Shown here in pieces: positions 44,097 through 51,830 of a stretch of 64,000 nt of DNA; position 1 is the stretch's first letter, and each line of letters starts with the position of its first letter. The notes beneath the pieces are model-generated. The model was not told the DNA's origin. It did not search any database and saw nothing but the letters and a program-made list of their open reading frames with translations. The DNA comes from a virus: the IMG/VR virus record IMGVR_UViG_3300035698_014118, positions 14,190 through 78,189 of that record; one strand, 5' to 3'. A program made the position numbers and the translations under genes.

Positions 44097-45060
44097 GTTG
44101 GAAGCAAAGCCCTTGATTAGAAGGGTTTCTTAAATCGCACAAAAGTGAATATAAGAGTATTCGTTATAGCTTCGGTTGTAACAAATACAAAGGGGCCGTA
44201 TAGGGTCCATCAAGAGTAAGGTTGGCGACAACCCCAAAGAATTGTTTGACATACAATTCGCCTTTCAATTATGTTAGGTTCATCTATAAAAGCCTACTCT
44301 TCTTGGTTTCCTGCAACGGGAACTAAGGACGGAAGTTAGGACTGGTGGAAGAGGCAAAATCCTGGGCAACGCTAGGGAGATAAGTCCTGCTCTTAGCAGA
44401 GCTACACTGTCATGCTAAAACTAATTACGTTTGAGAGAGAAAGGTAGTTACTGAGTTCAAGTACGTTGCTGTATAAGGGCGAAGTAGCAGTTCTAAAGAT
44501 TTTCGGGTTTGGCTTATGGAGGTTAAAGCCCATAAGGTAAACACGATTATCTTGAAGAACGGAGGAACCCAATTGGCAGTTGGGCCTCATGAACGGTGAG
44601 TGATATTGGCTACCTCAAAAGGGTAGTTAATCGCTGAGCCAGCGCGTCGTTCAGTCAACCACCCGTTTAGCTCATTAGTAGAGCGAAACCAATTTAAGGT
44701 TTAGGCAGTAGGTGCAATCCCTGCAACAGGTACCAAAGCAAAAAGGCTGGCTTGGCGCTCGATCAAAGCGGCTTAATTCTGTAGCCTTTCGGGGTAATAC
44801 AGACGTTTGAGGCTCGCAAGGCTGATAATGTTGATTCAGGATGACTATGTTAGCGGTTAGCTGCTGCTAATATGGTTGGAAGAATCGAGTAGTCGAGTGT
44901 TACAGAGGTAATGCCTCCTCTTTAAATTGGGCAGTCGTGAGTTGCTACATCTCGCAAGGGATGTGGATACGTTCTTAACAGTTCGGTAACTATTGCGGTT
45001 CGAACTGGTACGGGAACTAAAGGCGGCTCTAACATGGGTATAGTCTCAGCCCACGTTAAC
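44097..45060 (+). ncRNA. large structured ncRNA, GOLLD-like (boundaries approximate)
   Basis: ~1 kb without a credible ORF; many hairpins with GCAA/TTCG-type loops; lies in a tRNA array; contains an embedded tRNA-like domain. Confidence 0.55.
44661..44735 (+). tRNA. atypical tRNA-Lys(TTT)-like element embedded in the large ncRNA
   Basis: ACCCGTT/AACAGGT-A-CCA; AAACC-AATTTAA-GGTTT; lacks U33. Confidence 0.55.
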
Positions 45061-45079
45061 TTTTTCTCTGTTGCGATTC

Positions 45080-45152
45080 CAGCCTAAAGTGTTACTTGGC
45101 CGCATACCGCGTTTGGGGCGCGGTGGTTAGGGTTCAAATCCCTATAGGCTGA
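45080..45152 (+). tRNA. tRNA-Pro(TGG)
   Basis: CCGCG-TTTGGGG-CGCGG. Confidence 0.85.
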
Positions 45153-45214
45153 TTCATTTCTTCTTCTTCTGGTGTATCCTAATATTTGTAGAATGTTTTC
45201 GTTAGGAGAACTAG

Positions 45215-45601
45215 ATGAACATCTATGAAAAGCTACAAGAGTTTGACCAACGCATAAAAGAATGCGATGAGACTATCGATAACATGAAGTCTGAACGTAG
45301 TCTACTGCTCAAAGAGAGATCAACATTTTTAAAAGATTATAGACTAAAAGTAGGTTCTAACTCTATATCTTTTAAACCTTCTGGGGAATTTGTAATAAAC
45401 ACTCCTTTTAATGGCAGTTCATCGGCATATAGCGGTCATATGAATGCGGTTATAAGACCAGATCAGATCAAAGAATTTTGGAAGACAATGCTTAGATTCT
45501 TCGATGATGATCCGTCTATAGGAAAGACTAAAATCATTAAGAAAAAGAAGAAGAAATCTGGAAAAGATCAATATCAGTTTATGGATTTGGAAGACGAATA
45601 A
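45215..45601 (+). CDS. hypothetical protein
   Basis: RBS AGGAG; N-terminal coiled coil. Confidence 0.6.
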   Translation: MNIYEKLQEFDQRIKECDETIDNMKSERSLLLKERSTFLKDYRLKVGSNSISFKPSGEFVINTPFNGSSSAYSGHMNAVIRPDQIKEFWKTMLRFFDDDPSIGKTKIIKKKKKKSGKDQYQFMDLEDE

Positions 45602-45636
45602 GCATGTTCGCTGTTCGCGAACAACGAACAGCATTT

Positions 45637-45706
45637 ACGTCCGACTGCCTGGGTGTAGCTCAAGATTCCAAATCTTGAAGATGGGGTTCGAATCCTCACG
45701 GGCGTG
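45637..45706 (+). tRNA. tRNA-Trp(CCA) with an atypical D-arm
   Basis: CAAGA-TTCCAAA-TCTTG; acceptor ACGTCCG/CGGGCGT. Confidence 0.65.
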
Positions 45707-45743
45707 TTAAAGGTTTTGTAGTATATATTCCGAATATATAAGT

Positions 45744-46640
45744 ATGAAAGCATTCACATTAGTTGAACTACTTGTAGTAATAGCGATTATCGCTATGTTA
45801 GTATCTATGCTTATCCCAGAATTATCAGCAGCCAAATCTATTGCAAGGTCTACTATATGCAAATCTCATTTGAACCAAATAAGTAATGGATTTAAAGCTC
45901 CAAGAGGAAATGGAACTTCTAAATCGTTTCCAAATAAAAACTCTTGGCCTTCTATTCCTATGGATGTCTTATCAATCCCTGATATCTATGTATGTCCAGA
46001 AGATACAGATGAAGGACAAGGGACTCTTGTAGCAAACTATTCTCTTCATTATGGACCAGATTGTAACGAATTAGCAGGTTTGGATTTACTTATTGTCCCT
46101 GAATCAGATGGATTTGGTCATGGAGGCTCTCCTATATGTAAAGTTAGAGATATGGGAGATTGGACGCTTTACATATTTGATGATGGCATGTGTAGAGATT
46201 TGGATGATTGGGCTTTTCGCGTTACAAAAGGTTATCCGCGAACTGCTACTAGAATATTGAATCCAGAAAATACTGATAGTACTCCTAGCGGTGGAAGAAA
46301 AGTTTCTATTTATTGCAATGGTAAGCCATTACCAGGATGGGAAGATATGAGAGAAACAAGTCTTGTAGGTCAAAGTTTTGTTATGACCGAAGAAGGTACA
46401 TTGGATTACGGATATAACGCTCTTATAAGCGGTTATGAAGTTTCTCCAAAAACAATAGTTGCTCTTGATTATAATTTACGTCTTGCAAACGATGGAGAAG
46501 ATATGACTTCTGAATTGCAAAATGGAGCAAGACATCGTGGTAAGCTTAATGTATTATATACAGATGGTTCTGTAACACATTCTCGTCCTAGTCAATTGGA
46601 CCCTGCTATCAGCAACAATTCAATTCTTTGGACTCCGTAG
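45744..46640 (+). CDS. prepilin-type N-methylation domain protein with an H-X9-DG motif (DUF1559-like pseudopilin)
   Basis: [32 protein letters not shown]; C-terminal [15 protein letters not shown]. Confidence 0.88.
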   Translation: MKAFTLVELLVVIAIIAMLVSMLIPELSAAKSIARSTICKSHLNQISNGFKAPRGNGTSKSFPNKNSWPSIPMDVLSIPDIYVCPEDTDEGQGTLVANYSLHYGPDCNELAGLDLLIVPESDGFGHGGSPICKVRDMGDWTLYIFDDGMCRDLDDWAFRVTKGYPRTATRILNPENTDSTPSGGRKVSIYCNGKPLPGWEDMRETSLVGQSFVMTEEGTLDYGYNALISGYEVSPKTIVALDYNLRLANDGEDMTSELQNGARHRGKLNVLYTDGSVTHSRPSQLDPAISNNSILWTP

Positions 46641-46647
46641 TATTAAT

Positions 46648-46735
46648 GGATTCTGTTCTCTAAACCGGTCTGTAAAACCGGCGAAGTAAAAGAATTAGAG
46701 CGGTTCTTCGAGTGGTTCAACTCCTCCAGAATCCA
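46648..46735 (+). ncRNA. D-armless tRNA-Tyr(GTA)-like RNA
   Basis: GGATTCTG/CAGAATCC-A; CCGGT-CTGTAAA-ACCGG; T-loop GTTCAAC. Confidence 0.5.
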
Positions 46736-46796
46736 TTTAAATTTTAGAAGGATGATACTGTTTAATAGGGTAATACTCTACTGTAAGGAGAGTATT

Positions 46797-47186
46797 ATGA
46801 ATACAAAAGAAAAAGGTGATAAAGCAGTAGGGGTTGCAATAGCTTACTATAGTATGTCAAACATCGAAGTGCTACTACCGATAGGTGATAAAAAACCGTA
46901 TGATTTTGTTATTGATCGTAAGGGGAAGTTATTGAAGGTTCAATGTAAATTTGCTGGTCAAAAAACTCCCTATGGGATGTACAAGGCTAATCTTAGAGTA
47001 AAGGGCGGCAATCAGAGTTTTCATACTACCAAATTTTATAAGCCTGGTGATTTTGATTTGTTATTTTGCCTGACAGGGGATGGAAGAATATTCGAAGTAC
47101 CATCAAAGAAGACTAACAAATTAAAGAATGCGATTACTCTTGGCAAAAAATATAAATTGCATCAAAAAAAATTGTTGTTAACATAA
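46797..47186 (+). CDS. PD-(D/E)XK homing endonuclease (group I intron-associated type)
   Basis: KGDKA..PIGDKKPYDFVID..KVQCK..YKPGDFD. Confidence 0.8.
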   Translation: MNTKEKGDKAVGVAIAYYSMSNIEVLLPIGDKKPYDFVIDRKGKLLKVQCKFAGQKTPYGMYKANLRVKGGNQSFHTTKFYKPGDFDLLFCLTGDGRIFEVPSKKTNKLKNAITLGKKYKLHQKKLLLT

Positions 47187-47188
47187 AT

Positions 47189-47275
47189 GGGTAAGCGCCG
47201 CAGTTGGAGAGGCGGGCAAGACTATAAATCTTGTGGCTTAAGCCTGAGTAGGTTCGAATCCTGACGGCCCCGCCA
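47189..47275 (+). pseudogene. degenerate tRNA-Tyr(ATA)
   Basis: CAAGA-CTATAAA-TCTTG, long variable arm, mismatched acceptor and T stems. Confidence 0.55.
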
Positions 47276-47277
47276 TT

Positions 47278-47357
47278 GGAGAATAGGGAGCATGGTGCTC
47301 AACTGGTCTTGAAAACCAGCCCAGCTACGGTTGACTGTTCGATTCGGTTATTCTCCG
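47278..47357 (+). tRNA. tRNA-Ser(TGA)
   Basis: GGAGAAT/ATTCTCC-G; CTGGT-CTTGAAA-ACCAG. Confidence 0.75.
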
Positions 47358-47379
47358 TTAAAGAAAGAAAGGAGATGTC

Positions 47380-48360
47380 ATGAAACTAGAGGATATTGGA
47401 TTTTACACGTTATGTGATGAGAGAGCGAGAAATGTGGATGGTACATCTCCTATGTGGAGATGCGAGATGATGTTGACGGGCAGATGCAATTTTAGTTGTC
47501 CATATTGCAGAGGTCCAAGAAAAGAATATGCAAATGATATAGATACCGCAGAAGCTATTGCTACTACAGATTTGTGGGCTGAAGATGGTTTAAAGAACAT
47601 TAGATACTCTGGGGGAGAACCAACCGTACACCCAGACCTCGTAGAAATAGTTGCTAACGCCCGCGATAAAGGTATTGAAAGAATCGCATTGTCGTCTAAT
47701 GGTTCGGCTTCTTTTTCTTTGTACAGCGAATTAGTAGATGCCGGTGTAAATGACTTCTCTATCTCGTTAGATGCTTGTTGTGCTTCTTACGGCGACAAAA
47801 TGACTGGCGTAGATGGCGCTTTCGATAAAGTTATTTCTAATATTAAATTGTTATCTAAAATGACTTATGTAACTGTTGGAGTAGTTGCTACAGAGGATAA
47901 TGTTTCTACTTTAACAGATGTTGTCGATTTTGCTCACGATTTGGGAGTAGCAGATATCAGGATCATTTCTGCTGCTCAATACAATAGGATTTTGGAAAAC
48001 GTCAAGGGTTTGTCTGACGAAGTATTAGATGCTCACCCAATCTTGAAGTATAGAGTTGGAAACATCAGATCAGGCAGAAACGTCAGAGGACTTTCGGAAT
48101 CTGACTGTAAGAAATGTCACTTGATTAAAGACGATAGCGTAGTTGCTGGCGGTTATCACTTCCCATGCGTTATTCACATGAGGGAAGGTGGAGAGGCTAT
48201 CGGTAAGGTCGGTCCAAACATGAGGCAAGAGAGATTAGACTGGTGTGAAAGAACTAATGTCTTCGAAGATTTAATTTGCAGAAAAAATTGTTTAGACGTT
48301 TGTATTGACTATAATAACAAGAGCGAAGAATTGAAGTCGGAGTGTATTGTAGACGGGTGA
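47380..48360 (+). CDS. radical SAM protein (MoaA-like)
   Basis: CNFSCPYC, SGGEPT, SISLD, C-terminal Cys cluster. Confidence 0.85.
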   Translation: MKLEDIGFYTLCDERARNVDGTSPMWRCEMMLTGRCNFSCPYCRGPRKEYANDIDTAEAIATTDLWAEDGLKNIRYSGGEPTVHPDLVEIVANARDKGIERIALSSNGSASFSLYSELVDAGVNDFSISLDACCASYGDKMTGVDGAFDKVISNIKLLSKMTYVTVGVVATEDNVSTLTDVVDFAHDLGVADIRIISAAQYNRILENVKGLSDEVLDAHPILKYRVGNIRSGRNVRGLSESDCKKCHLIKDDSVVAGGYHFPCVIHMREGGEAIGKVGPNMRQERLDWCERTNVFEDLICRKNCLDVCIDYNNKSEELKSECIVDG

Positions 48361-48380
48361 AAATCACCCGTCTACAATAC
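48344..48380. repeat. perfect 17-bp inverted repeat
   Basis: GTATTGTAGACGGGTGA-AAA-TCACCCGTCTACAATAC. Confidence 0.85.
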
Positions 48381-48388
48381 GTATTGTT

Positions 48389-48535
48389 ATGAATGAAAAT
48401 TATAAAAATCTGGTGCTTAAGACATACATGGACTTATATGCTAAAGGTGTAATTGCTATGAGTACTTTGATGGATTATGCTAACGAACTATATCCTGATG
48501 AACAGTATTTCAAATGGCAGGATATAGCAATATGA
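48389..48535 (+). CDS. W-tag mini-protein, portal-like fragment (48 aa)
   Basis: Manual translation MNENYKNLVLKTYMDLYAKGVIAMSTLMDY..FKWQDIAI. Confidence 0.65.
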   Translation: MNENYKNLVLKTYMDLYAKGVIAMSTLMDYANELYPDEQYFKWQDIAI

Positions 48536-48723
48536 CATATGAAGAAAAAGAACGAGTTATAGCTGCTGCTTTAGTAGAATCCAAGAAGAATAAATTTTCT
48601 TCAATGTATAGTTCTCTTGCTGATAAATTAGTTAGTGTCCAACCGATGCCTTTGCCAAAAGGTCTAATCTACTATATTTATCGTTCAAAAGATGAATTCT
48701 TTTGGCAGGATATGGAAATATGA
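48532..48723 (+). CDS. W-tag mini-protein, capsid-like fragments
   Basis: MTYEEKERVIAAAL..VSVQPMPLPKGLIYY..FFWQDMEI. Confidence 0.7.
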   Translation: MTYEEKERVIAAALVESKKNKFSSMYSSLADKLVSVQPMPLPKGLIYYIYRSKDEFFWQDMEI

Positions 48724-48935
48724 CTTTACATAATAAAATGACTGAGGCCATGTATACTTCTATATACGATTTGTATCCAGAAGTATACGACAATAAACCT
48801 ATGCCAGATAAAAAGAGATTTTTAGAATTATCACTATATATCTTAAAACATGTCAAATACGACAAAGAGCCTGTTTTCGATTTGGTACGGGATTATTGTT
48901 CAGGAAATTTTATATGGATAAACATAAAAGACTAG
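48720..48935 (+). CDS. W-tag mini-protein
   Basis: Ends FIWINIKD. Confidence 0.6.
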   Translation: MTLHNKMTEAMYTSIYDLYPEVYDNKPMPDKKRFLELSLYILKHVKYDKEPVFDLVRDYCSGNFIWINIKD

Positions 48936-49105
48936 ATGGTAATTGGGAAATACATATGATATCTGCTCGTCAAACAGGTAAAACTACTTTGATGGAAGAT
49001 GTAATGAAATTAGCTTTTAAGAAAATGGGCGATTATCCTGTTTCCGGTTGGTATAAGAATGGCATTAAAAAGACGGATTTTGTATGGAAAACAATGAAAA
49101 TATAA
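48914..49105 (+). CDS. W-tag mini-protein with a terminase-type Walker A
   Basis: ARQTGKTT..FVWKTMKI; start may be 48956. Confidence 0.65.
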   Translation: MDKHKRLDGNWEIHMISARQTGKTTLMEDVMKLAFKKMGDYPVSGWYKNGIKKTDFVWKTMKI

Positions 49106-49233
49106 AGAAACCTGAACTTTTACCATGGGGCGAAAAAGAAGATGCATTGATGCTATTAGCTAATCGGTTGCTGGTATATAAGTTTATGATAAAGTACCCT
49201 GATTGGTTTTTTTGGAGAGAAATGGTAATATGA
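49084..49233 (+). CDS. W-tag mini-protein (49 aa)
   Basis: Manual translation ends WFFWREMVI. Confidence 0.6.
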   Translation: MENNENIKKPELLPWGEKEDALMLLANRLLVYKFMIKYPDWFFWREMVI

Positions 49234-49412
49234 ATAAACCATATACAAATGGTGTTAAAGCATCGGAGCTTCTGCCTGTCAAGTTCTTTTATGCTCCATA
49301 TATACCGCTTCTAACTACTTCTACACTAAACATTGAAGACTTGAGAACAAGAACGAAATATGGATTGAAATTATTAAAAGAAACGTTCGTTTGGAGAGAA
49401 ATGACGATATGA
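49230..49412 (+). CDS. W-tag mini-protein, T4 gp23-like fragment
   Basis: FFYAPYIPL..TKYG..FVWREMTI. Confidence 0.7.
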   Translation: MNKPYTNGVKASELLPVKFFYAPYIPLLTTSTLNIEDLRTRTKYGLKLLKETFVWREMTI

Positions 49413-49621
49413 CAGAAACTGCGTCCTATGATAAATGCTATGGCGAAGAATCTAATTATTTAAAAACTATGCTACCTAATGAAAGACATCTATTAATACA
49501 ATATTGGGAATCTCAGGCTTATAGTGGTAGCTACGTTGGAGATATTGGGTCAATGATAAGAGAAGAGCAGCTTAAGGTTCTTCGAAAAGGATTCTTTGAA
49601 TGGAAAAAGATGACGACATAA
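49409..49621 (+). CDS. W-tag mini-protein
   Basis: Ends FEWKKMTT. Confidence 0.6.
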   Translation: MTETASYDKCYGEESNYLKTMLPNERHLLIQYWESQAYSGSYVGDIGSMIREEQLKVLRKGFFEWKKMTT

Positions 49622-49761
49622 ACCCAGTTTTTGATATTAACGTTCAACATTGGACTATCAAAAGAATAAGCAATTACGAAGAAAAAGACGGTGTTATTGG
49701 AGCTAATTACTCTGTTAGATATGAACCTATAATTTTTAAATGGAAGGATATCTCTGTATGA
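49600..49761 (+). CDS. W-tag mini-protein (53 aa)
   Basis: Manual translation ends FKWKDISV. Confidence 0.6.
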   Translation: MEKDDDINPVFDINVQHWTIKRISNYEEKDGVIGANYSVRYEPIIFKWKDISV

Positions 49762-50177
49762 AAACTGATGACAAACCTGTTCGCGTAGGAACTGCTATTA
49801 TTCTTATTGATGATCAGAATAGAGTTCTGCTTGGTAAACGTTGTGGTAAATTCATGCCGGGAGTTTATGCTTTGCCGGGAGGTAAACCTGATTTCGGAGA
49901 ATGTCCAAAAAAAGCAGTCATCAGAGAGACGAAAGAAGAAACTGGACTGAAGATATTCGATGTTCAGGAATTTACATGGATCAATAATTTTATGCCTCAG
50001 CATGATATGCATTACGTAACTCTGTTCTATGTATCTATTATCTATAGCGGTACGCTTGAAGTAAAAGAAAAAGACAAATGTGAAAAATGGGATTGGTATA
50101 GTCAAGATAAGCTTCCTAATCCTATGTGGCCAGGATTAGAAAGAATCCTAATTAAGTATTGGGAAGAAAATGGATGA
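49758..50177 (+). CDS. NUDIX hydrolase (MutT/NUDT15-like)
   Basis: PGGKPDFGE..AVIRETKEETG; EKDKCEKWDW. Confidence 0.9.
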   Translation: MKTDDKPVRVGTAIILIDDQNRVLLGKRCGKFMPGVYALPGGKPDFGECPKKAVIRETKEETGLKIFDVQEFTWINNFMPQHDMHYVTLFYVSIIYSGTLEVKEKDKCEKWDWYSQDKLPNPMWPGLERILIKYWEENG

Positions 50178-50352
50178 GTCTTTAAAAAACCGTATAGACG
50201 AAATACTTTTTCCTAAGCTTTTATATGATATATCAGAGATGCAAGATAAAGCTCTTTTGGAAGCAATGTCGATGACTGAGTTTACTAGAAGACAAATTTC
50301 TCAGATATTCTATTCTAGAGATTTTTTCTTTTGGAAAGATATAGTATTATGA
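50170..50352 (+). CDS. W-tag mini-protein
   Basis: Ends FFWKDIVL. Confidence 0.6.
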   Translation: MDESLKNRIDEILFPKLLYDISEMQDKALLEAMSMTEFTRRQISQIFYSRDFFFWKDIVL

Positions 50353-50572
50353 TAATTGACATGGAAAGCATATAAATGGCTAATGGCGTACACCATATTC
50401 AATCTGTTTATGATCTCGCTAAACTAGATAAAAAATCTATTCGGGAATCCATAAGACTATTGGGTTTAACGGAATATAGAGCAACAGAAATATACTTTTT
50501 AGCTTTAGGAATATCTGAGGGGTGGTTTGTATGGCAAGGTATAAAGACATAATAATTGACATGGAAAGCATA
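50352..50572. repeat. 21-bp direct repeat flanking one mini-gene
   Basis: ATAATTGACATGGAAAGCATA at 50352-50372 and 50552-50572. Confidence 0.85.
50376..50552 (+). CDS. W-tag mini-protein (58 aa)
   Basis: Manual translation MANGVHHIQ..WFVWQGIKT. Confidence 0.6.
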   Translation: MANGVHHIQSVYDLAKLDKKSIRESIRLLGLTEYRATEIYFLALGISEGWFVWQGIKT

Positions 50573-50707
50573 CAGGATTCATACGAAATAACTAAATCTT
50601 GCAATATGGTTATCTCTTTCAGTAATGACGCTTTAAGTGATTTTATCAGTCATATTGATAGACTGATAGACCCTGTTTATTTTGAATGGAATGATATTAC
50701 AATATGA
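50561..50707 (+). CDS. W-tag mini-protein, helicase-like fragment
   Basis: MESIQDSYEITKSCNMVISF..FEWNDITI. Confidence 0.6.
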   Translation: MESIQDSYEITKSCNMVISFSNDALSDFISHIDRLIDPVYFEWNDITI

Positions 50708-50832
50708 ATAAAGGTGAATTAACGGTATTTGTCGGAAGGCATGGTTGTGTCCCAGATCAAATCTATGAAGGAGATGAAATGTATTTTCCTTGTAAAATAG
50801 AGTATTTTGTCTGGCAAGATATTACGATATGA
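50704..50832 (+). CDS. W-tag mini-protein (42 aa), helicase-like fragment
   Basis: MNKGELTVFVGRHG..FVWQDITI. Confidence 0.6.
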   Translation: MNKGELTVFVGRHGCVPDQIYEGDEMYFPCKIEYFVWQDITI

Positions 50833-50945
50833 CCGAAAAAGATAAAGAAACTTTATATAGAAGCATGGTTACATACGTTGGAAAATTTTATCGTCTAGGT
50901 AGTAAATTATTTTCTATGTTTGTCTGGCGAGATATCACTGTCTAA
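50829..50945 (+). CDS. W-tag mini-protein (38 aa)
   Basis: MTEKDKETLYRSMVTYVGK..FVWRDITV. Confidence 0.6.
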   Translation: MTEKDKETLYRSMVTYVGKFYRLGSKLFSMFVWRDITV

Positions 50946-50961
50946 TGTCGATATTTAATAT

Positions 50962-51171
50962 ATGAAAAACGGTAGAGATTTCATTCTAGAGAAAATCATT
51001 CTAAACATGCAGAAAACTACTGCTGGAATTAATGTTTTATCTAGATGCGTTGAGAATACCTTAACAGAAGAACAGAAAAAAGAATTAATAATCAATGGAT
51101 TTTCCAATGTAGAAATAAACGAATTTAACGTAGCTGTTGGATGGTTTTTGTGGAAAAATATAGAAATATGA
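50962..51171 (+). CDS. W-tag mini-protein
   Basis: TLTEEQKKELI..FLWKNIEI. Confidence 0.6.
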   Translation: MKNGRDFILEKIILNMQKTTAGINVLSRCVENTLTEEQKKELIINGFSNVEINEFNVAVGWFLWKNIEI

Positions 51172-51200
51172 GGCTCTGTGGCGGAATTGGCATACGCGCG
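51172..51200 (+). pseudogene. 5' remnant of a class II tRNA-Leu
   Basis: GGCTCTGTGGCGGAATTGGCATACGCG, then no anticodon or T arm. Confidence 0.7.
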
Positions 51201-51253
51201 GGTAGCTGAACTTAAGCCATTAAAAATCCGATATAAAGATAAAGGAGTAGATA

Positions 51254-51736
51254 ATGGCTAATAAAAAGTACAAACGTTATAGGGATAACGATATAATAGA
51301 AGCAGCTAAAACATCTTTTTCTGTAGCTGAGGTTTTGAGAAAAATAGGTTTGGTTCCAATTGGAGGAAATTATCAAACGATAAATAGGTCTATTAAGAGG
51401 CTCGATATTGATATTTCTCATTTCACAGGTAAAGGACATCTGAAGGGAAAAACACATAATTGGACACAGCCAAGACCTTTAAATGAAATTCTTGTAGAAG
51501 AATCCACTTATAGGAATACAAGCCATTTAAGATATAGATTACTTAAAGAAAATATTTTTGAGAAAAAATGTAACCGATGTGGAAGAAAGACTTGGCTTGG
51601 AAAACCTATATCTTTAGAACTAGAACATAAAAATGGCAATAAAGCTGATAATCGTTTAGAAAATCTAGAGATATTATGTCCTAACTGTCACGCTTTTACT
51701 CCAACATATCGAAAAAGAAAAATTGCGGCGGTGTAG
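51254..51736 (+). CDS. HNH homing endonuclease
   Basis: CNRCG..LELEHKNG..DNRLENL..LCPNCH; stop lies inside the next tRNA. Confidence 0.85.
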   Translation: MANKKYKRYRDNDIIEAAKTSFSVAEVLRKIGLVPIGGNYQTINRSIKRLDIDISHFTGKGHLKGKTHNWTQPRPLNEILVEESTYRNTSHLRYRLLKENIFEKKCNRCGRKTWLGKPISLELEHKNGNKADNRLENLEILCPNCHAFTPTYRKRKIAAV

Positions 51737-51799
51737 CCCAATGGCAGAGGCCCGGAGTTTAAGTCTCCGTAAGTGTGGGTTCGAATCCCATCACCGCTA
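51727..51799 (+). tRNA. tRNA-Leu(TAA), short variable arm
   Basis: CGGAG-TTTAAGT-CTCCG. Confidence 0.85.
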
Positions 51800-51830
51800 T
51801 TGAGTTATCGTTTATTAAGGAAGTTAAACT

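Noticed and set aside
43102-44590. Short ORFs in the tRNA/ncRNA region (e.g. 43560, 43811, 43843, 44402)
   Set aside because: They overlap clear tRNAs or structured RNA, lack RBSs and do not look like proteins.
45570-45601. C-terminus QYQFMDLEDE as a member of the W-tag family
   Set aside because: It has no Trp at -6 and different spacing. It may be a separate motif, but a single example is not enough.
45603-45633. Imperfect palindrome TGTTCGCTGTTCGCGAACAACGAACA
   Set aside because: Probably a simple hairpin or terminator between a gene and tRNA-Trp; no second copy was seen.
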